Shown: positions 1 through 10,303, counted from the first letter of the stretch. The stretch: 64,000 nucleotides of DNA from an uncultured Chloroflexia bacterium (GCA_963768655.1 CAVYIM010000007.1:96001-160000); one strand, 5' to 3'. Made by a program: numbers and translations. Notes: generated from the sequence alone by a model not told the origin.

Positions 1-2
1 GA

Positions 3-758
3 GTCCTCGATACCAGACCGTCCGGTGGTGGAGTGACCCACATCGGCGGCCTGTCCAAGCTGTCCAACAGGACCGTCAAGAGCTTCCCGGTGGCCGGCGT
101 GAAGGCCCTGGGCTGGTCATCCGCCCTCGTACCCTCTAGCGCCACCGGCGTGACCGGCAACCTGACCGTGACCGGGGCCACGAGTGCCGGCTTTGTCTCT
201 CTAGGTCCGACCATGACAAGCTCACCCTCCACCTCTAGCGTCAACGTCACGGCCGGCTCGACCGTGGCCAACGGGGTCAGCGTAGCCCTGTCGTTCGGGA
301 GGCTAGCGGCCGTCTGGGATGGCACCGCAGGCTCATCGGCCAATGTCATCTTCGATGTCACGGGCTACTTCACGGCTGGCTCGGGTGGTCTGTCCTACTA
401 CGCCATCGCACCGGTCCGGGTTCTCGACTCCTCCAAGTCCATCGGTCTGTCCGGTACCTTCGCCAGCGGCACGGCGAGACTCTTCACCATCGGCGGTACT
501 GGCGGTGTCCCAACTGGTGCCGCCGGTATCAGCGGCAACCTGACCGTGCTCAACCCATCATCCGCGGGCTGGGCTCTCGTATCACCTGAGATCGTCGCCA
601 CGCCGACCACCTCTACCCTCAACGTCGCCTCCGGACACAGTGAGGCCAACGGCTTCGACGTCGCTCTCGGAGCCTCGGGTCACGTCGCTCTCGAGTGGGC
701 CGGCACTACCGGCTCCAGCGCCAACATCGCTCTCGATATCACCGGCTACTGGAAGTAG
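3..758 (+). CDS. C-terminal part of a secreted/surface protein with two copies of a beta-rich repeat (5' truncated by the window)
   Basis: Frame is open from base 3 (VLDTRP...). The unit (R)VLD..G(V/N)LTV....G...L..P......TS..N...G...AN...VAL...G.....W.GT.GSSAN...D.TGY occurs twice; ends TAG at 758. Confidence 0.8.
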   Translation, partial: VLDTRPSGGGVTHIGGLSKLSNRTVKSFPVAGVKALGWSSALVPSSATGVTGNLTVTGATSAGFVSLGPTMTSSPSTSSVNVTAGSTVANGVSVALSFGRLAAVWDGTAGSSANVIFDVTGYFTAGSGGLSYYAIAPVRVLDSSKSIGLSGTFASGTARLFTIGGTGGVPTGAAGISGNLTVLNPSSAGWALVSPEIVATPTTSTLNVASGHSEANGFDVALGASGHVALEWAGTTGSSANIALDITGYWK

Positions 759-876
759 GGAGCAGGAGCACGGGCTGAGGGCACGAACAGGTCATCGTGC
801 GTGTCATCGTGCGCGTGACCGAAATGGCCGATGAGCCTGCGCTCGGCGCGGCCGCGGCATCCGCCGGAAGCTCCCG

Positions 877-1894
877 TCAGCGGGACGGTCTACGACACTG
901 CAGGGCGGTCATTCCGGCCGTTCGAGCACGGACGCCGGGTTGCTCGGCGAGCTTCAATTCAGCGGCATCTTCGAAGCCGGCTCGAAATCAGCAGATCACG
1001 GGTCCGCGCCACGGTCCAAGGCGACCAGGATGGGTCGGTCAGGGTTCGGACGAACATCCAGCCGAGTCGCCCTCGATCCGCGACGCCCGCCTCTGGCTCG
1101 AAGTCACCAACGATGAGGAACCGCCCGCCCGGGACGAGGGCATCGCGGACAACGCGGAAGACCGCCTCTGAGTAGACCGCTACGTTGCATTGGAGCACGC
1201 TATCGAAGCAACCCGGAAGTGGGTCTCTCGTGAAGTCGGCGGCATGGAAACCTACCCGGTTGCTGAGGCCGGCCTCACCAACGATCTCCCGACCGCTGAC
1301 GCAGACGTTGGCGATGTCCACGACGGTCACGCTCAGGTCCGGCCAGCGGCGAGCCAGGGCAATCGCGACCACGCCTGATCCGCCACCGAGATCCATCAGA
1401 CGCCGGACGCCCGACAGATCGAGAGTGGCGGCCACTCTGTCGGCCTGATCCTGGTGGACCTCCAGGAGCATCCGCGTGTAGCGCCGAGCCCGGTCCGGGT
1501 CCGCTGCCATCCGCTCCACGTATCCTCCGGCCGCAATTGGCGCGTCCGGAGCTCGCAGCGAAGCGGGCAGGTCAATCATGGCCTCGAAGCGCTCGCGGGC
1601 CTCTTCGGCCAAGAAGCGCCATGTTTCGGGACTGTAGCCGCCGATGACGGAGTCCCGGGCAAGCTGCGAAGGACGCCACGACGCTCTCGACTCATCCACG
1701 AACCCGACCGAATGAAGAAAATCGAGCCACGCGGCACAGCGCGCTCTGGGGATTCCGAGGGCCTCGCCGACCGCCGTGGTGTCGAGAGGCTCCGACTCGA
1801 GCAGCCAGAAGAGCCCTAGCTCCAGAGCAGCCCCGAGCGCCGCGCCAACGAGCGGTTGGTCGAGCAGAGCAAGAACCTCATCAGTCGACGCCAC
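877..1894 (-). CDS. SAM-dependent O-methyltransferase (Methyltransf_2-like) with an apparent +1 frameshift near the 3' end
   Basis: N-terminal dimerisation helices (AALELGLF), SAM motif LMDLGGGSG, ADF motif. Removing one A at 985-987 gives the typical LLIRAGFEDA... tail ending at TGA 877-879; the ORF track stops at 959. Confidence 0.85.
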
Positions 1895-1999
1895 GACGAC
1901 CTCCCCGGCACATGCTATCGCCCGAGAAGCGCCCTCGATGCAGCCATCGTGTTGCCGCCGTTCGACGCCGGCGCGTCAGTGGTTCTTGGCTCCGCGCGA

Positions 2000-3148
2000 T
2001 CACCCGCCGGCCGCGACTCCCCGGGCCAGGAGCTCGTCGTAGCGCACAGGATCCACGTTCCCCCCGCTCAGGATGGACACCACGCGCCCGCTCGCCGGCA
2101 GTTCGTCCTCGTGGAACAGCCAGGCGGCGAGGGTAGTGGCGCCGGACGGTTCTAGTACCAGCCGCGCTTCCCGCGACGCGCGGACCATGGCCCGGGCGAT
2201 CTCATCCTCGGTCACGGTTACGATGCCGTCGAGATAGTGGCGCAGCAGCTCGAACGGTATGCGCCCGATGTGGGTAGTCCGCTGGCCGTCGGCGATCGTC
2301 CGTCCGACCATGTCCGCCGGCCAGATCACAATTCGGCCCTGCTCGAGCGAGTCACGGGCGTCCGCGGCCAGAGCCGGTTCGACGCCGACCACGACGGCGT
2401 CCGGCCGAAGCGACTTCACCGCTACGGCCACGCCGCTGGCGATCCCGCCTCCGCCAACCGGGACCAGCACGGTGAATGGTGCCGGTTCGGTCCGGCGGCC
2501 CCTCGGAGTCGTGGGTTTGCGCTCGTCGAGGGAGGCGAGCTGCTCGACGATCTCGAGTCCGATGGTTCCCTGGCCGGTGATCGTGGCCGCGTCGTCGTAC
2601 GGCGCGACCAGCGACAGACCGTCGACCCGCGCCAGTTCGGCGGCCCGCTCCGCACGCTCCTCACTCGATGGACCCACGAAGACGATCTCGGCGCCGTCCT
2701 CTTGGACACGCTCGACCTTGATCCGTGGCGCATCCGAGGGCATCACGATCACTGCGCGGACCCCGAGGAGTCGAGCGGCGCGCGCCACGCCTTGGGCGTG
2801 GTTGCCGCTCGAGTGCGCCACAACGCCGGCGGCGCGGCGTTCCGCCGACAGCGCGGCGATGTTGTAGTAGGCGCCACGCAGCTTGAACGCGCCGATCGGC
2901 TGGAGAGACTCCGGTTTCAGCCAAGCGCGGGTGCGCCCAAGTGGGTCGCCGTCCTCGGGCCGCCCGAAGGGCAGCAGCGGCGTGCGCACGACTACGCCCC
3001 GGATCACTTCGGCGGCGCCGCGGATGGCGGCCAGGGTGACCAGCGCCGCCTCGTCGAGCCGTGCGTCCGATCGAGGGTCCGGGATTGGTGAGACGGTCGG
3101 CGGCTCCGGCGCCACGGGCGGGAGCTGAGTCGGTCTTCGTGGAGGCAT
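2000..3148 (-). CDS. PLP-dependent threonine/serine dehydratase family enzyme (no ACT domain)
   Basis: KPESLQPIGAFKLRGA (PLP lysine), HSSGNHAQG, VPVGGGG, EPSGA and SGGN motifs. Confidence 0.92.
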   Translation of the reverse strand: MPPRRPTQLPPVAPEPPTVSPIPDPRSDARLDEAALVTLAAIRGAAEVIRGVVVRTPLLPFGRPEDGDPLGRTRAWLKPESLQPIGAFKLRGAYYNIAALSAERRAAGVVAHSSGNHAQGVARAARLLGVRAVIVMPSDAPRIKVERVQEDGAEIVFVGPSSEERAERAAELARVDGLSLVAPYDDAATITGQGTIGLEIVEQLASLDERKPTTPRGRRTEPAPFTVLVPVGGGGIASGVAVAVKSLRPDAVVVGVEPALAADARDSLEQGRIVIWPADMVGRTIADGQRTTHIGRIPFELLRHYLDGIVTVTEDEIARAMVRASREARLVLEPSGATTLAAWLFHEDELPASGRVVSILSGGNVDPVRYDELLARGVAAGG

Positions 3149-3419
3149 GTCCAGGCCACTATAGTGCCGGCAACCCTCTCGACCGCCGCCAGCCGGCCCT
3201 CGGGAAGCCGATCGAGCGAAGTAGCGGCGCTCCAGAAGCAGCCTCGCCTCGTGGCCTCAGCCCCGCGCCACTCGACCAGCCGGCACGTCAATCGCAGTTC
3301 GTCTGTTTCAGCCCATACTTGGCCAGTCCCGGGTCGAACGACAGCCGCGTGGGATGAGACAGACTGGCACCGACCTTCACCTCGGGTTACGTAGCGGATC
3401 AGGACAGGAGCGGTCTCCA

Positions 3420-3527
3420 ATGACACTCGCCATCCTCGGCGTGCCAACCCACATCGCACTCATCGCGGTGGTCATCATCGTGGTCGTCGTGGCGGCGGCA
3501 TGGTGGTTGATCGACCGTCGCAAGTAG
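3420..3527 (+). CDS. 35-aa single-TM small protein MTLAILGVPTHIALIAVVIIVVVVAAAWWLIDRRK (not in the ORF track)
   Basis: AGGAG SD at 3406-3410, ATG 3420, TAG 3525-3527, GC3-rich codons, one hydrophobic helix with a basic tail. Confidence 0.7.
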   Translation: MTLAILGVPTHIALIAVVIIVVVVAAAWWLIDRRK

Positions 3528-3568
3528 GTCACGCCGAGCGTTGTGCCGATCGCTCCGAGCCGGGCTAC

Positions 3569-3649
3569 CTCGATCGACCATTTGTGCCCGCCGTCACGGA
3601 CGGCAAGACCGGTGCGATCCGCTTCTTCGGCCGTGTGGTCGATCCGTCC
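3569..3649 (+). pseudogene. Serpin C-terminal remnant
   Basis: Translates LDRPFVPAVTDGKTGAIRFFGRVVDPS, matching the serpin C-terminal signature (DRPFxFxIxDxxTGxILFxGRVxDP); no serpin body upstream. Confidence 0.6.
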
Positions 3650-3882
3650 TCTTGGCGGACCCCGTCGCTATTCAGCCAGAGCGGCCATCGAAGCTACTGC
3701 CGAGTGCCAGAGTGCGAGCCCTGCCCAACTTCCGGCTGGTGACTGGCCGATCGCGCCTGGCGCAGCTCACGAGCAGGACGCTGGAGCCAGGTCGGTTCGG
3801 TACAATCGTCGAGTCACGGCGACGGTGCCCTTGAGCCCCGGGGTCGACAGGCTCGAACATAACGAGCGGGAAGGGGACCGCA

Positions 3883-5055
3883 ATGAAGAGGAAGTCGGGC
3901 CAGGACCAGTTGGACCGCAAGTCCCCATCCGACCCAGCCAGCACCCCGGGGTCCGCAGAGCACCCGTCCCTCGGTCTCGAGCTGGAAGGGCTTCCGAATC
4001 GGCGCGGGCCCGTCCGCCGTGGCCTTTCCGGGCCGCCGGCGATGATCGCCCTGGTGGCTGTCGTCGCCCTGGCCGCGGCGGCGTTGGGCCTGCCGTTTGT
4101 CCTGTCTCACTCTGGTGATGCGCCCGTCCCGAGCGCGCGCGCAGCCATGTCCGCTGCCCCGACGACGGGCGTGCCGACCACGGTCGCCGACGATGCCAGC
4201 TTCCCAGTGGCCGGCCCCACCGACACGCCGACCGCGCTGCCCAGCGACACGCCGACCGCGCTGCCCAGCGACACGCCGACGGCGGACCCCACCTCGGCTC
4301 CTGGCGGAGGCGGCGGCGGCTGGTGGAAAGCCATAACGGTTGATGCGCAGAGCCAGGCCTACGGCGGGGATCAGGCGGACTGGGTCGAGGTGATCACCCC
4401 GAAGCCAACGCAATGCACGCTGATGGTCTACTTCAGCGGCGATCTCCGGGGCAGTTACGGCGGCTTTGGCACTCCGAGCAGTCAACCGCGCTACCGTACC
4501 TACGGGATCGCGGACGACTTCTCGGGGACCCTCTATGTGGAGGTGACTTGCTGGAGCGATGGCCTGATAGGCGCCGCGCACACGTGGAGGCTCCCGGTAA
4601 CCGTGAGCCCCGGGCCCAGACCAGCCCCGTCTTCTCCCCCTGCATGGACGCTGACCGCTTCTGCCTCCAATGCCAAGCCCGGCGGATGGGTGAAGTTCGA
4701 GTTCACCGCGAGCGTCGACGCCATCTGTAATGTGAGCTACGTCCTATCGGATCTAAGCGCTGGCAGCGGGACCCAGGTGGATGCGAGCGCCGGCAAGGTG
4801 ACCTCGGACGATATGTACATCTCTCCCGGCGTCGCGCCCGGCCACGGTGAGTTCACCCTAACCTGCACCGATATGGACGGTAACTCCAAGACGGCGACCG
4901 GAACATTCGAGGTACTGTCCGCGTCGGCGACACCGACACCGTCCCTTGGTCCGACGGCCCCGACGACCGAGGCTCCGACGGAGGCGCCGACTGCGAAATC
5001 GACGGCTCGTCCGACCGAGGCTCCGACTGCCGGTCAGACACCGACACAGTCCTGA
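3883..5055 (+). CDS. Membrane-anchored/secreted protein with Pro/Thr-rich linkers and beta-sandwich-like domains
   Basis: TM segment (ALVAVVALAAAALGLPFVL), PT-rich linkers, two Cys-containing globular segments, PTEA-type tail; TACAAT -10-like box at 3801-3806. Confidence 0.7.
   Translation: MKRKSGQDQLDRKSPSDPASTPGSAEHPSLGLELEGLPNRRGPVRRGLSGPPAMIALVAVVALAAAALGLPFVLSHSGDAPVPSARAAMSAAPTTGVPTTVADDASFPVAGPTDTPTALPSDTPTALPSDTPTADPTSAPGGGGGGWWKAITVDAQSQAYGGDQADWVEVITPKPTQCTLMVYFSGDLRGSYGGFGTPSSQPRYRTYGIADDFSGTLYVEVTCWSDGLIGAAHTWRLPVTVSPGPRPAPSSPPAWTLTASASNAKPGGWVKFEFTASVDAICNVSYVLSDLSAGSGTQVDASAGKVTSDDMYISPGVAPGHGEFTLTCTDMDGNSKTATGTFEVLSASATPTPSLGPTAPTTEAPTEAPTAKSTARPTEAPTAGQTPTQS
4221..4280 (+). 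repeat. 24-bp coding tandem repeat (2.5 copies, DTPTALPS)
   Basis: CGACACGCCGACCGCGCTGCCCAG at 4221 and 4245, partial copy at 4269. Confidence 0.9.
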
Positions 5056-5234
5056 ACACGACCGAGAAGACAGGACCAGAGACCGGGCTCGGGCTCGCCG
5101 AGATCGATGGTGTCAGCGTGTTGAGTGAGCACCGCTCGTTTGTTCGGCGGTCAGCCGGCAGCCGGCACTCCGATCCAAGACCAAGCGTTCCGGGCAGTGG
5201 ATCCTCGACCTGCGACCGTTGACTGTCGCGTATG

Positions 5235-5255
5235 ATAATCCGGTGGTCGGTTTAT
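5235..5255. promoter_or_regulatory. Putative TetR operator overlapping the promoter
   Basis: Imperfect inverted repeat ATAATCCG-GTGGT-CGGTTTAT in an AT-rich patch with TATGAT/GATAAT -10-like boxes, just before the GGAGG SD of the TetR gene. Confidence 0.65.
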
Positions 5256-5268
5256 TATTGGAGGATCG

Positions 5269-5952
5269 ATGGCGCGGACTCTGAACCCGGTGGCACACGC
5301 GGTCCGGCGCGACGCGTTCCTCGACGCCGCGCAGCGCCTGATCCAGTCCAAGGGTTACGACCAGATGAGCGTTCAGGACGTGCTCCAGGAGATCCACGCG
5401 TCCAAGGGCGCTTTCTACCACTACTTCGATTCCAAGGAAGCGCTCCTCGCGGCCGTCGTCGACCGCATGGTGGAAACGACGACCGCCGCCGCGGGGCCGG
5501 TGGCGATGGATCCGGACGTGCCCGCCCTGGAGAAACTCAGCCGCCTGTTCGCTTCAATCGCCGAGTGGAAGGGCGAACGGACCGATCTCATGATGGAGCT
5601 GGTCCGCGTGTGGTTCTCCGACGCCAACTCCATCGTTCGAGATCAGCTCCGACGCGGCGTCCAGGCCAGGTTGACGCCGCTTCTGGCGGCGATCCTGCGA
5701 CAGGGGACGGCCGAAGGGACGTTCTCCACGGGCTCTCCGGAACATTCCGCGGACGTTTTCGTTTCGCTCGTCCTGGGTCTCAACGACAAGGCCACTCAGC
5801 TATTCCTGGCACGTCGCGCCGGCACCGTCTCGTTCGAAGATGTGGAGCTCACCCTCGGTGCCTACGCGGAAGCTTTCGAGAGGATCCTCGGGCTCTCCCC
5901 CGGGTCCTGGCCACTCAACGATCCACGAGCCCTTCATGCCTGGTTCGATTGA
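5269..5952 (+). CDS. TetR/AcrR family transcriptional regulator
   Basis: N-terminal HTH (FLDAAQRLIQSKGYDQMSVQDV...SKGAFYHYFDSKEALL); GGAGG SD. Confidence 0.95.
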   Translation: MARTLNPVAHAVRRDAFLDAAQRLIQSKGYDQMSVQDVLQEIHASKGAFYHYFDSKEALLAAVVDRMVETTTAAAGPVAMDPDVPALEKLSRLFASIAEWKGERTDLMMELVRVWFSDANSIVRDQLRRGVQARLTPLLAAILRQGTAEGTFSTGSPEHSADVFVSLVLGLNDKATQLFLARRAGTVSFEDVELTLGAYAEAFERILGLSPGSWPLNDPRALHAWFD

Positions 5953-5977
5953 CGCTGGATCCCTCAAAGGAGCATCC

Positions 5978-6893
5978 ATGGCAGCCATCATCAAGACCGA
6001 GAAGCTGACGAAGTCGTACGGAATCCCATCGCGGGATCGTCGACGTCGACCTCGAGGTCCAGCAGGGTGAGGTCTTCGGCTTCCTCGGTCCGAATGGCGC
6101 CGGCAAGACGACGACAATTCGCCTTCTGCTCGACCTGATCCGGCCGACCGGCGGCAAGGCTTTCGTATTCGGCATCGAGACGACTGTTGATCCGATCTCG
6201 ATCCACCGGCGGGTCGGCTACCTCCCGGGCGAGTTCACCCTTTACGACAAGCTCACCGGTGGTGAGACGCTCGAGTACTTCGCCAACCTTCGCGGCGGCC
6301 TCGATCGGGCCTACCAGGCGTCGCTGATCGAACGCTTCGACCTCGATCCGTCTCGCAAGTTCAAGGAATACTCGAAGGGCAACAAGCAGAAGGTGGGCCT
6401 GGTGGCCGCCCTGCAGCACAAGCCCGAGCTGCTGATCCTGGACGAGCCCACAGCGGGCCTCGACCCGCTGGTCCAGCAGACCTTCTTCACGGTCCTCCGC
6501 GAATCCGTGGCGGACGGCCACACCGTCTTCCTTTCGAGCCACGTGCTTTCGGAGGCCGAGAAGGCCTGCGACCGGGTGGCGATCATTCGCGAAGGGCGCA
6601 TCGTGATGGTCGATCGCGTCGATGCGCTGCGCGACCTGGCCGCGCATCAGGTCGAGCTTCGTTTCACCGGCCCTGTGCCCGCGGCCGAGTTCGAGGCGCT
6701 GTCCGGTGTGAGCAACGTCGTCGCTGAGGACCACGTGCTGCGAATGCACGTCACCGGGCCCATCGCCCCCGTCGTGAAGGCGGCGGCCCGCTTCGACATC
6801 ACCGACTTCGTGAGCCGAGAGCCGAGCCTCGAGGAAACCTTCCTGGCGCTGTACGGCCATACTGCCGTCGAGGTCGCCAATCATGGCAACTGA
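5978..6893 (+). CDS. ABC-2 type exporter ATP-binding protein, +1 frameshift at ~6021-6027
   Basis: AAGGAG SD and ATG 5978 (MAAIIKTEKLTKSYG). After removing one base the frame continues HRGIVDVDLEVQQGEVFGFLGPNGAGKTT (Walker A), YSKGNKQK, LLILDEPTAGLD (Walker B), SSH. Confidence 0.9.
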
Positions 6894-8565
6894 AGTCGGA
6901 CGAGCCCCCGTCGCGGCGCCCTGGCACATCTCCCTTCGGAGCCGTTTCTACGGCCTGGGCAGCATCTATGCGAAGACGATGCGCGACTCGCGGCTCGCGT
7001 TCATCGTCGCCGCCGGGCTGATGGGCGGGATCATGCTCGTTGTCAGTGCGGCCATCACGAAGGCCTATCCCACCGCGGAGTCTCGCGTCGAGCTGGCCAG
7101 TCTGGCCACGAGCGTCAGCGGCGTGGCGTCCGGGATCGCCGGCAAGGCAGTCAACATAGGGTCCATGGGCGGCTACGTCCAGTGGAAGTACGGCCCGCTC
7201 TTCCTTTTCGTGGCAGCCATCTGGTCGATGCTGGCGCTATCGAGCACGCTGGCAGGCGAGGCGCACGGCGGCAGCCTGGAGTTCGTGGCAGCGTCGCCGT
7301 TCGGCAAGCGCCGCATCGCGCTGGAGAAAGTTGGGGCTCACCTCACCGCCATGACTCTGGCCATGGTGATCCTGGGGTTCGCCGCCTGGCTCGCCGGCGC
7401 CGCATTCGCGACCCTGCCTGAAGACGCCATTCCGGTCCAGGCGGCGGTCGGCTACGCCCTGTGGGTGGGGCTCGCGGGTCTCTTCTTCGGCGGGCTGGCG
7501 TTCGCCCTGGCCCAGTTCTTCGGGCGGGCGGTGGGAGCCGGCGTGGCCGGCTTCGCTCTGATCGCGGGCTGGCTCCTCCAGGGCTATGCCGCGACGGTGC
7601 CCGCGTTCACGCCGTTCGCGCTTCTGACGCCCCTGGCTTGGACTGCGGACCATCTGCCGCTGGCAGGCCAGTACAACTGGCCGTCGCTGATCCCGACGGC
7701 TATCGCCGCCGCCGCGCTGCTGGCGATCGGCGTCGAGGCGTTTGCGCGGCGGGACATCGGGGCCCATCAGGCTGTTCGAACGCCGCGACTGCCGCGTCCG
7801 CTCCGCGGCCTTCATGGCCCGATCGGACGCTCGATCGGCGAACGGCTGCCGCTGGCGCTGGCCTGGAGCCTGGGCCTGGGCGTCGTCACTCTGGCGATGG
7901 CGGCAATAAGCAAGGCGCTTGCCGACGACGTCGCGAAGTCGCCCGACCTGCTCAAGACATTCAGCCAGATCTTCCCCGGCTTCGGCATCACGACCGCGGG
8001 CGGCTTCCTGCAGTTGATGATCCAGCTCGAGTACATAGTGGTCGGCTTCGCGGCCGCGACGCTGGTTTCCGGCTGGGCCTCGGACGAGACCTCAGGCCGG
8101 TTCGAGATGCTCCTGTCTACGCCGCTCGCCCGGCCTCGTTGGGCGATCCTCAGCGGGCTCGGGGTATATGGCTCGATCATCGTCATGACCGCGATCATGG
8201 CCGCCTGCGTCGGCATCGGCGCGGCCGCGGCCGGGAGCGATGCGCTGACACCCATGGCCGGCACGATTGTCCTGGGACTGTACGCGGCTGCGCTGGCCGG
8301 GGTCGGGTTCGCCGTCGGTGGATGGAGGACATCCATCGCCGCGGAGACAGTGGCCATTGTCGTCGTGGCGACGTACCTGATCGACCTGCTGGCGCCCGCT
8401 CTCAGCCTGCCGGACTGGTTCCATCAGCTCGCCCTGACGTCGCACCTGGGCCAGCCGATGGTCGGCTCGTGGGACCTCACCGGCGTCGTCGCCTGCCTCG
8501 TACTGGCCGCGGTCGGCCTGCTCATCGGCGGATGGGGTCTGCGTAGTCGCGACGTGGGCCGCTGA
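6883..8565 (+). CDS. ABC-2 type exporter permease (two internal repeats, about 12 TM)
   Basis: Overlaps the ATPase gene; two halves each with a (G/D)ExxGxxExxxxxP motif and a FARRD/LRSRD-type end. Confidence 0.9.
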   Translation: MATEVGRAPVAAPWHISLRSRFYGLGSIYAKTMRDSRLAFIVAAGLMGGIMLVVSAAITKAYPTAESRVELASLATSVSGVASGIAGKAVNIGSMGGYVQWKYGPLFLFVAAIWSMLALSSTLAGEAHGGSLEFVAASPFGKRRIALEKVGAHLTAMTLAMVILGFAAWLAGAAFATLPEDAIPVQAAVGYALWVGLAGLFFGGLAFALAQFFGRAVGAGVAGFALIAGWLLQGYAATVPAFTPFALLTPLAWTADHLPLAGQYNWPSLIPTAIAAAALLAIGVEAFARRDIGAHQAVRTPRLPRPLRGLHGPIGRSIGERLPLALAWSLGLGVVTLAMAAISKALADDVAKSPDLLKTFSQIFPGFGITTAGGFLQLMIQLEYIVVGFAAATLVSGWASDETSGRFEMLLSTPLARPRWAILSGLGVYGSIIVMTAIMAACVGIGAAAAGSDALTPMAGTIVLGLYAAALAGVGFAVGGWRTSIAAETVAIVVVATYLIDLLAPALSLPDWFHQLALTSHLGQPMVGSWDLTGVVACLVLAAVGLLIGGWGLRSRDVGR

Positions 8566-8705
8566 CGCCCTGGGAATCCTGGAGACTCCAGCCCCTATCA
8601 AGTCCGCGTGCGGACCGCCGACCCTTTTGATCGCGGCGGCTCTCGACGCACGCCCGGAGCGTTGCTACCGTTGGGCAACAGCGCTAGATGATGAGGAGGG
8701 ACATC

Positions 8706-10127
8706 ATGGCCACGTTCGATGCCGACGGTCCGCACGAGAGCGGAGCGCCTCCGCTTCCGGAGACTCCACCCGCGCCATTGGTTGGGGCGGCGGAGCGCCC
8801 CGCGAGGAGCCGCCGAGTACGCCTGCGACTGGCCTTGCCGGTGCTGGCGGTCGCGGCGCTCCTGGCTGTCGGTCTTGGCGCCCTCAACTGGCCGGGCTCA
8901 GGTCCGAACATTGCGCCCGTCACCGTCGGCCCCGACGGGATTCCCAACCAGATCGACGGTCAGCGCGTCTACCGCACCCAGGATCTGGTGGACTGGCTGA
9001 ACCTCAGCGACAGCTTCCTCTTGGGGGCGCCTGTTGCAGCGTTCCCCTGCTGGGGCGGTGAGGTGGTTTCGACCGGCCCGGTTGGGCCGGCCGAGCAAGC
9101 CTCACTCGACCTCTACTGGCAGTGCGGCGGAGCCCTCCTGGGCGGGACCAGCGGACCCGAGGTGATGGTCGCGCCCCGAGGCTCGGGCGTCCTCGCACCC
9201 TGGAACGATGAACTCGCCGTTGTTCGCGTTCACACTCACGACCCCGAAGCCGCCGAGTGTGACGCTTCGATCCGAGACTCGTGCAAATCGGCGATCGTGG
9301 TCGAACAGGTCGTCTGGCCGACCGTGCCGTCTGAGGTCGATGGCCAGCACGTCTATCGCGCGGCGGACTCGGCCCAGTTCGACAAGCTCAAGGGTAGTTT
9401 CCTTCTGGGTGGTGTCGTCGTCGACTCACCGTTTGGCGGCCCATCCACCCTCTTGACGGAGCCGTCGGATCAATCCTGTGAAGTCCCCGCCAAACCTACG
9501 GCCGATCAGCTACTCCTGCCTGATCAGGCGTACTTGCCTGGTTGCCCCGCTGTGTCCATCGACGGTGAAGAGATCGCGCCAGCCAGCAAGATCGAGCCAA
9601 CCGCGAACCAGATCGCGGTCGTCCGCGCCCACGTGAACGATGCTCTTGCCGCCGGGTGCTCGACGGACGTCAGGTCGGACTGCGAGCGGGCGATCGTGGT
9701 CGAGCAGGCGGTGTGGTCGTACGACCCCTACGCGGCCCCGTACGCGATCCCCGAGGTCACGGCCAGTCCGGTGGGGCCGGTGGGAGCCGACGGCATACCG
9801 ACGACGATCGAAGGCCAGCGGGTCTATCGCAGTGACAGCCTCCCGACAGACGCCTCGTTCCTGCTCGGAGGCCAGCTGACTCAGAACGGGTCGTGTCCGA
9901 GCAGCCAGCCGGCAGCCACATCTGGCGGAGGCGCGGCACCGGCCTGCTCCGCCTGGAAGGTCGGCGGCGTGGCGGTAAGGACGGTGATCGAGATCCCGCC
10001 GGACGTCGTTGGCAGACTCGTGGTGGTTGATGTGGCGCGATCCCAGGTCTTCGATTGCGCGGAGACGTCGTCGTGCAGCCCGCAGCCGGTCCTGGTCGTG
10101 ACCGCGATCTCATGGAGCGGGCCGTAG
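8706..10127 (+). CDS. Membrane-anchored protein with three copies of an unrecognised Cys-containing domain
   Basis: GAGGAGG SD before ATG 8706; one N-terminal TM; repeats begin (G)(I/V)PxxI(D/E)GQ(R/H)VYR...SFLLG and end (I/L)VV...W. Confidence 0.75.
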   Translation: MATFDADGPHESGAPPLPETPPAPLVGAAERPARSRRVRLRLALPVLAVAALLAVGLGALNWPGSGPNIAPVTVGPDGIPNQIDGQRVYRTQDLVDWLNLSDSFLLGAPVAAFPCWGGEVVSTGPVGPAEQASLDLYWQCGGALLGGTSGPEVMVAPRGSGVLAPWNDELAVVRVHTHDPEAAECDASIRDSCKSAIVVEQVVWPTVPSEVDGQHVYRAADSAQFDKLKGSFLLGGVVVDSPFGGPSTLLTEPSDQSCEVPAKPTADQLLLPDQAYLPGCPAVSIDGEEIAPASKIEPTANQIAVVRAHVNDALAAGCSTDVRSDCERAIVVEQAVWSYDPYAAPYAIPEVTASPVGPVGADGIPTTIEGQRVYRSDSLPTDASFLLGGQLTQNGSCPSSQPAATSGGGAAPACSAWKVGGVAVRTVIEIPPDVVGRLVVVDVARSQVFDCAETSSCSPQPVLVVTAISWSGP

Positions 10128-10303
10128 CCGGCGCCGAGGCGGCTCATTCAACCGACCACTGGATCGACGCACACCCGACCGACGCCAGCGGCGTGACCTG
10201 GATGGGGGCGCGGACCAGCCTCGAATCGATTTGGCTGCCGCAGGGGCGAGCCGCAGCCCGAGTTACGCCCGACTCCACGCCCCAGGATGGGCGTACGATC
10301 GCC

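Noticed and set aside
8566-8690. Riboswitch in the hairpin-rich gaps 8566-8690 and 13020-13380
   Set aside because: Short palindromes are present but I recognised no aptamer consensus; GC-rich DNA forms such hairpins by chance.
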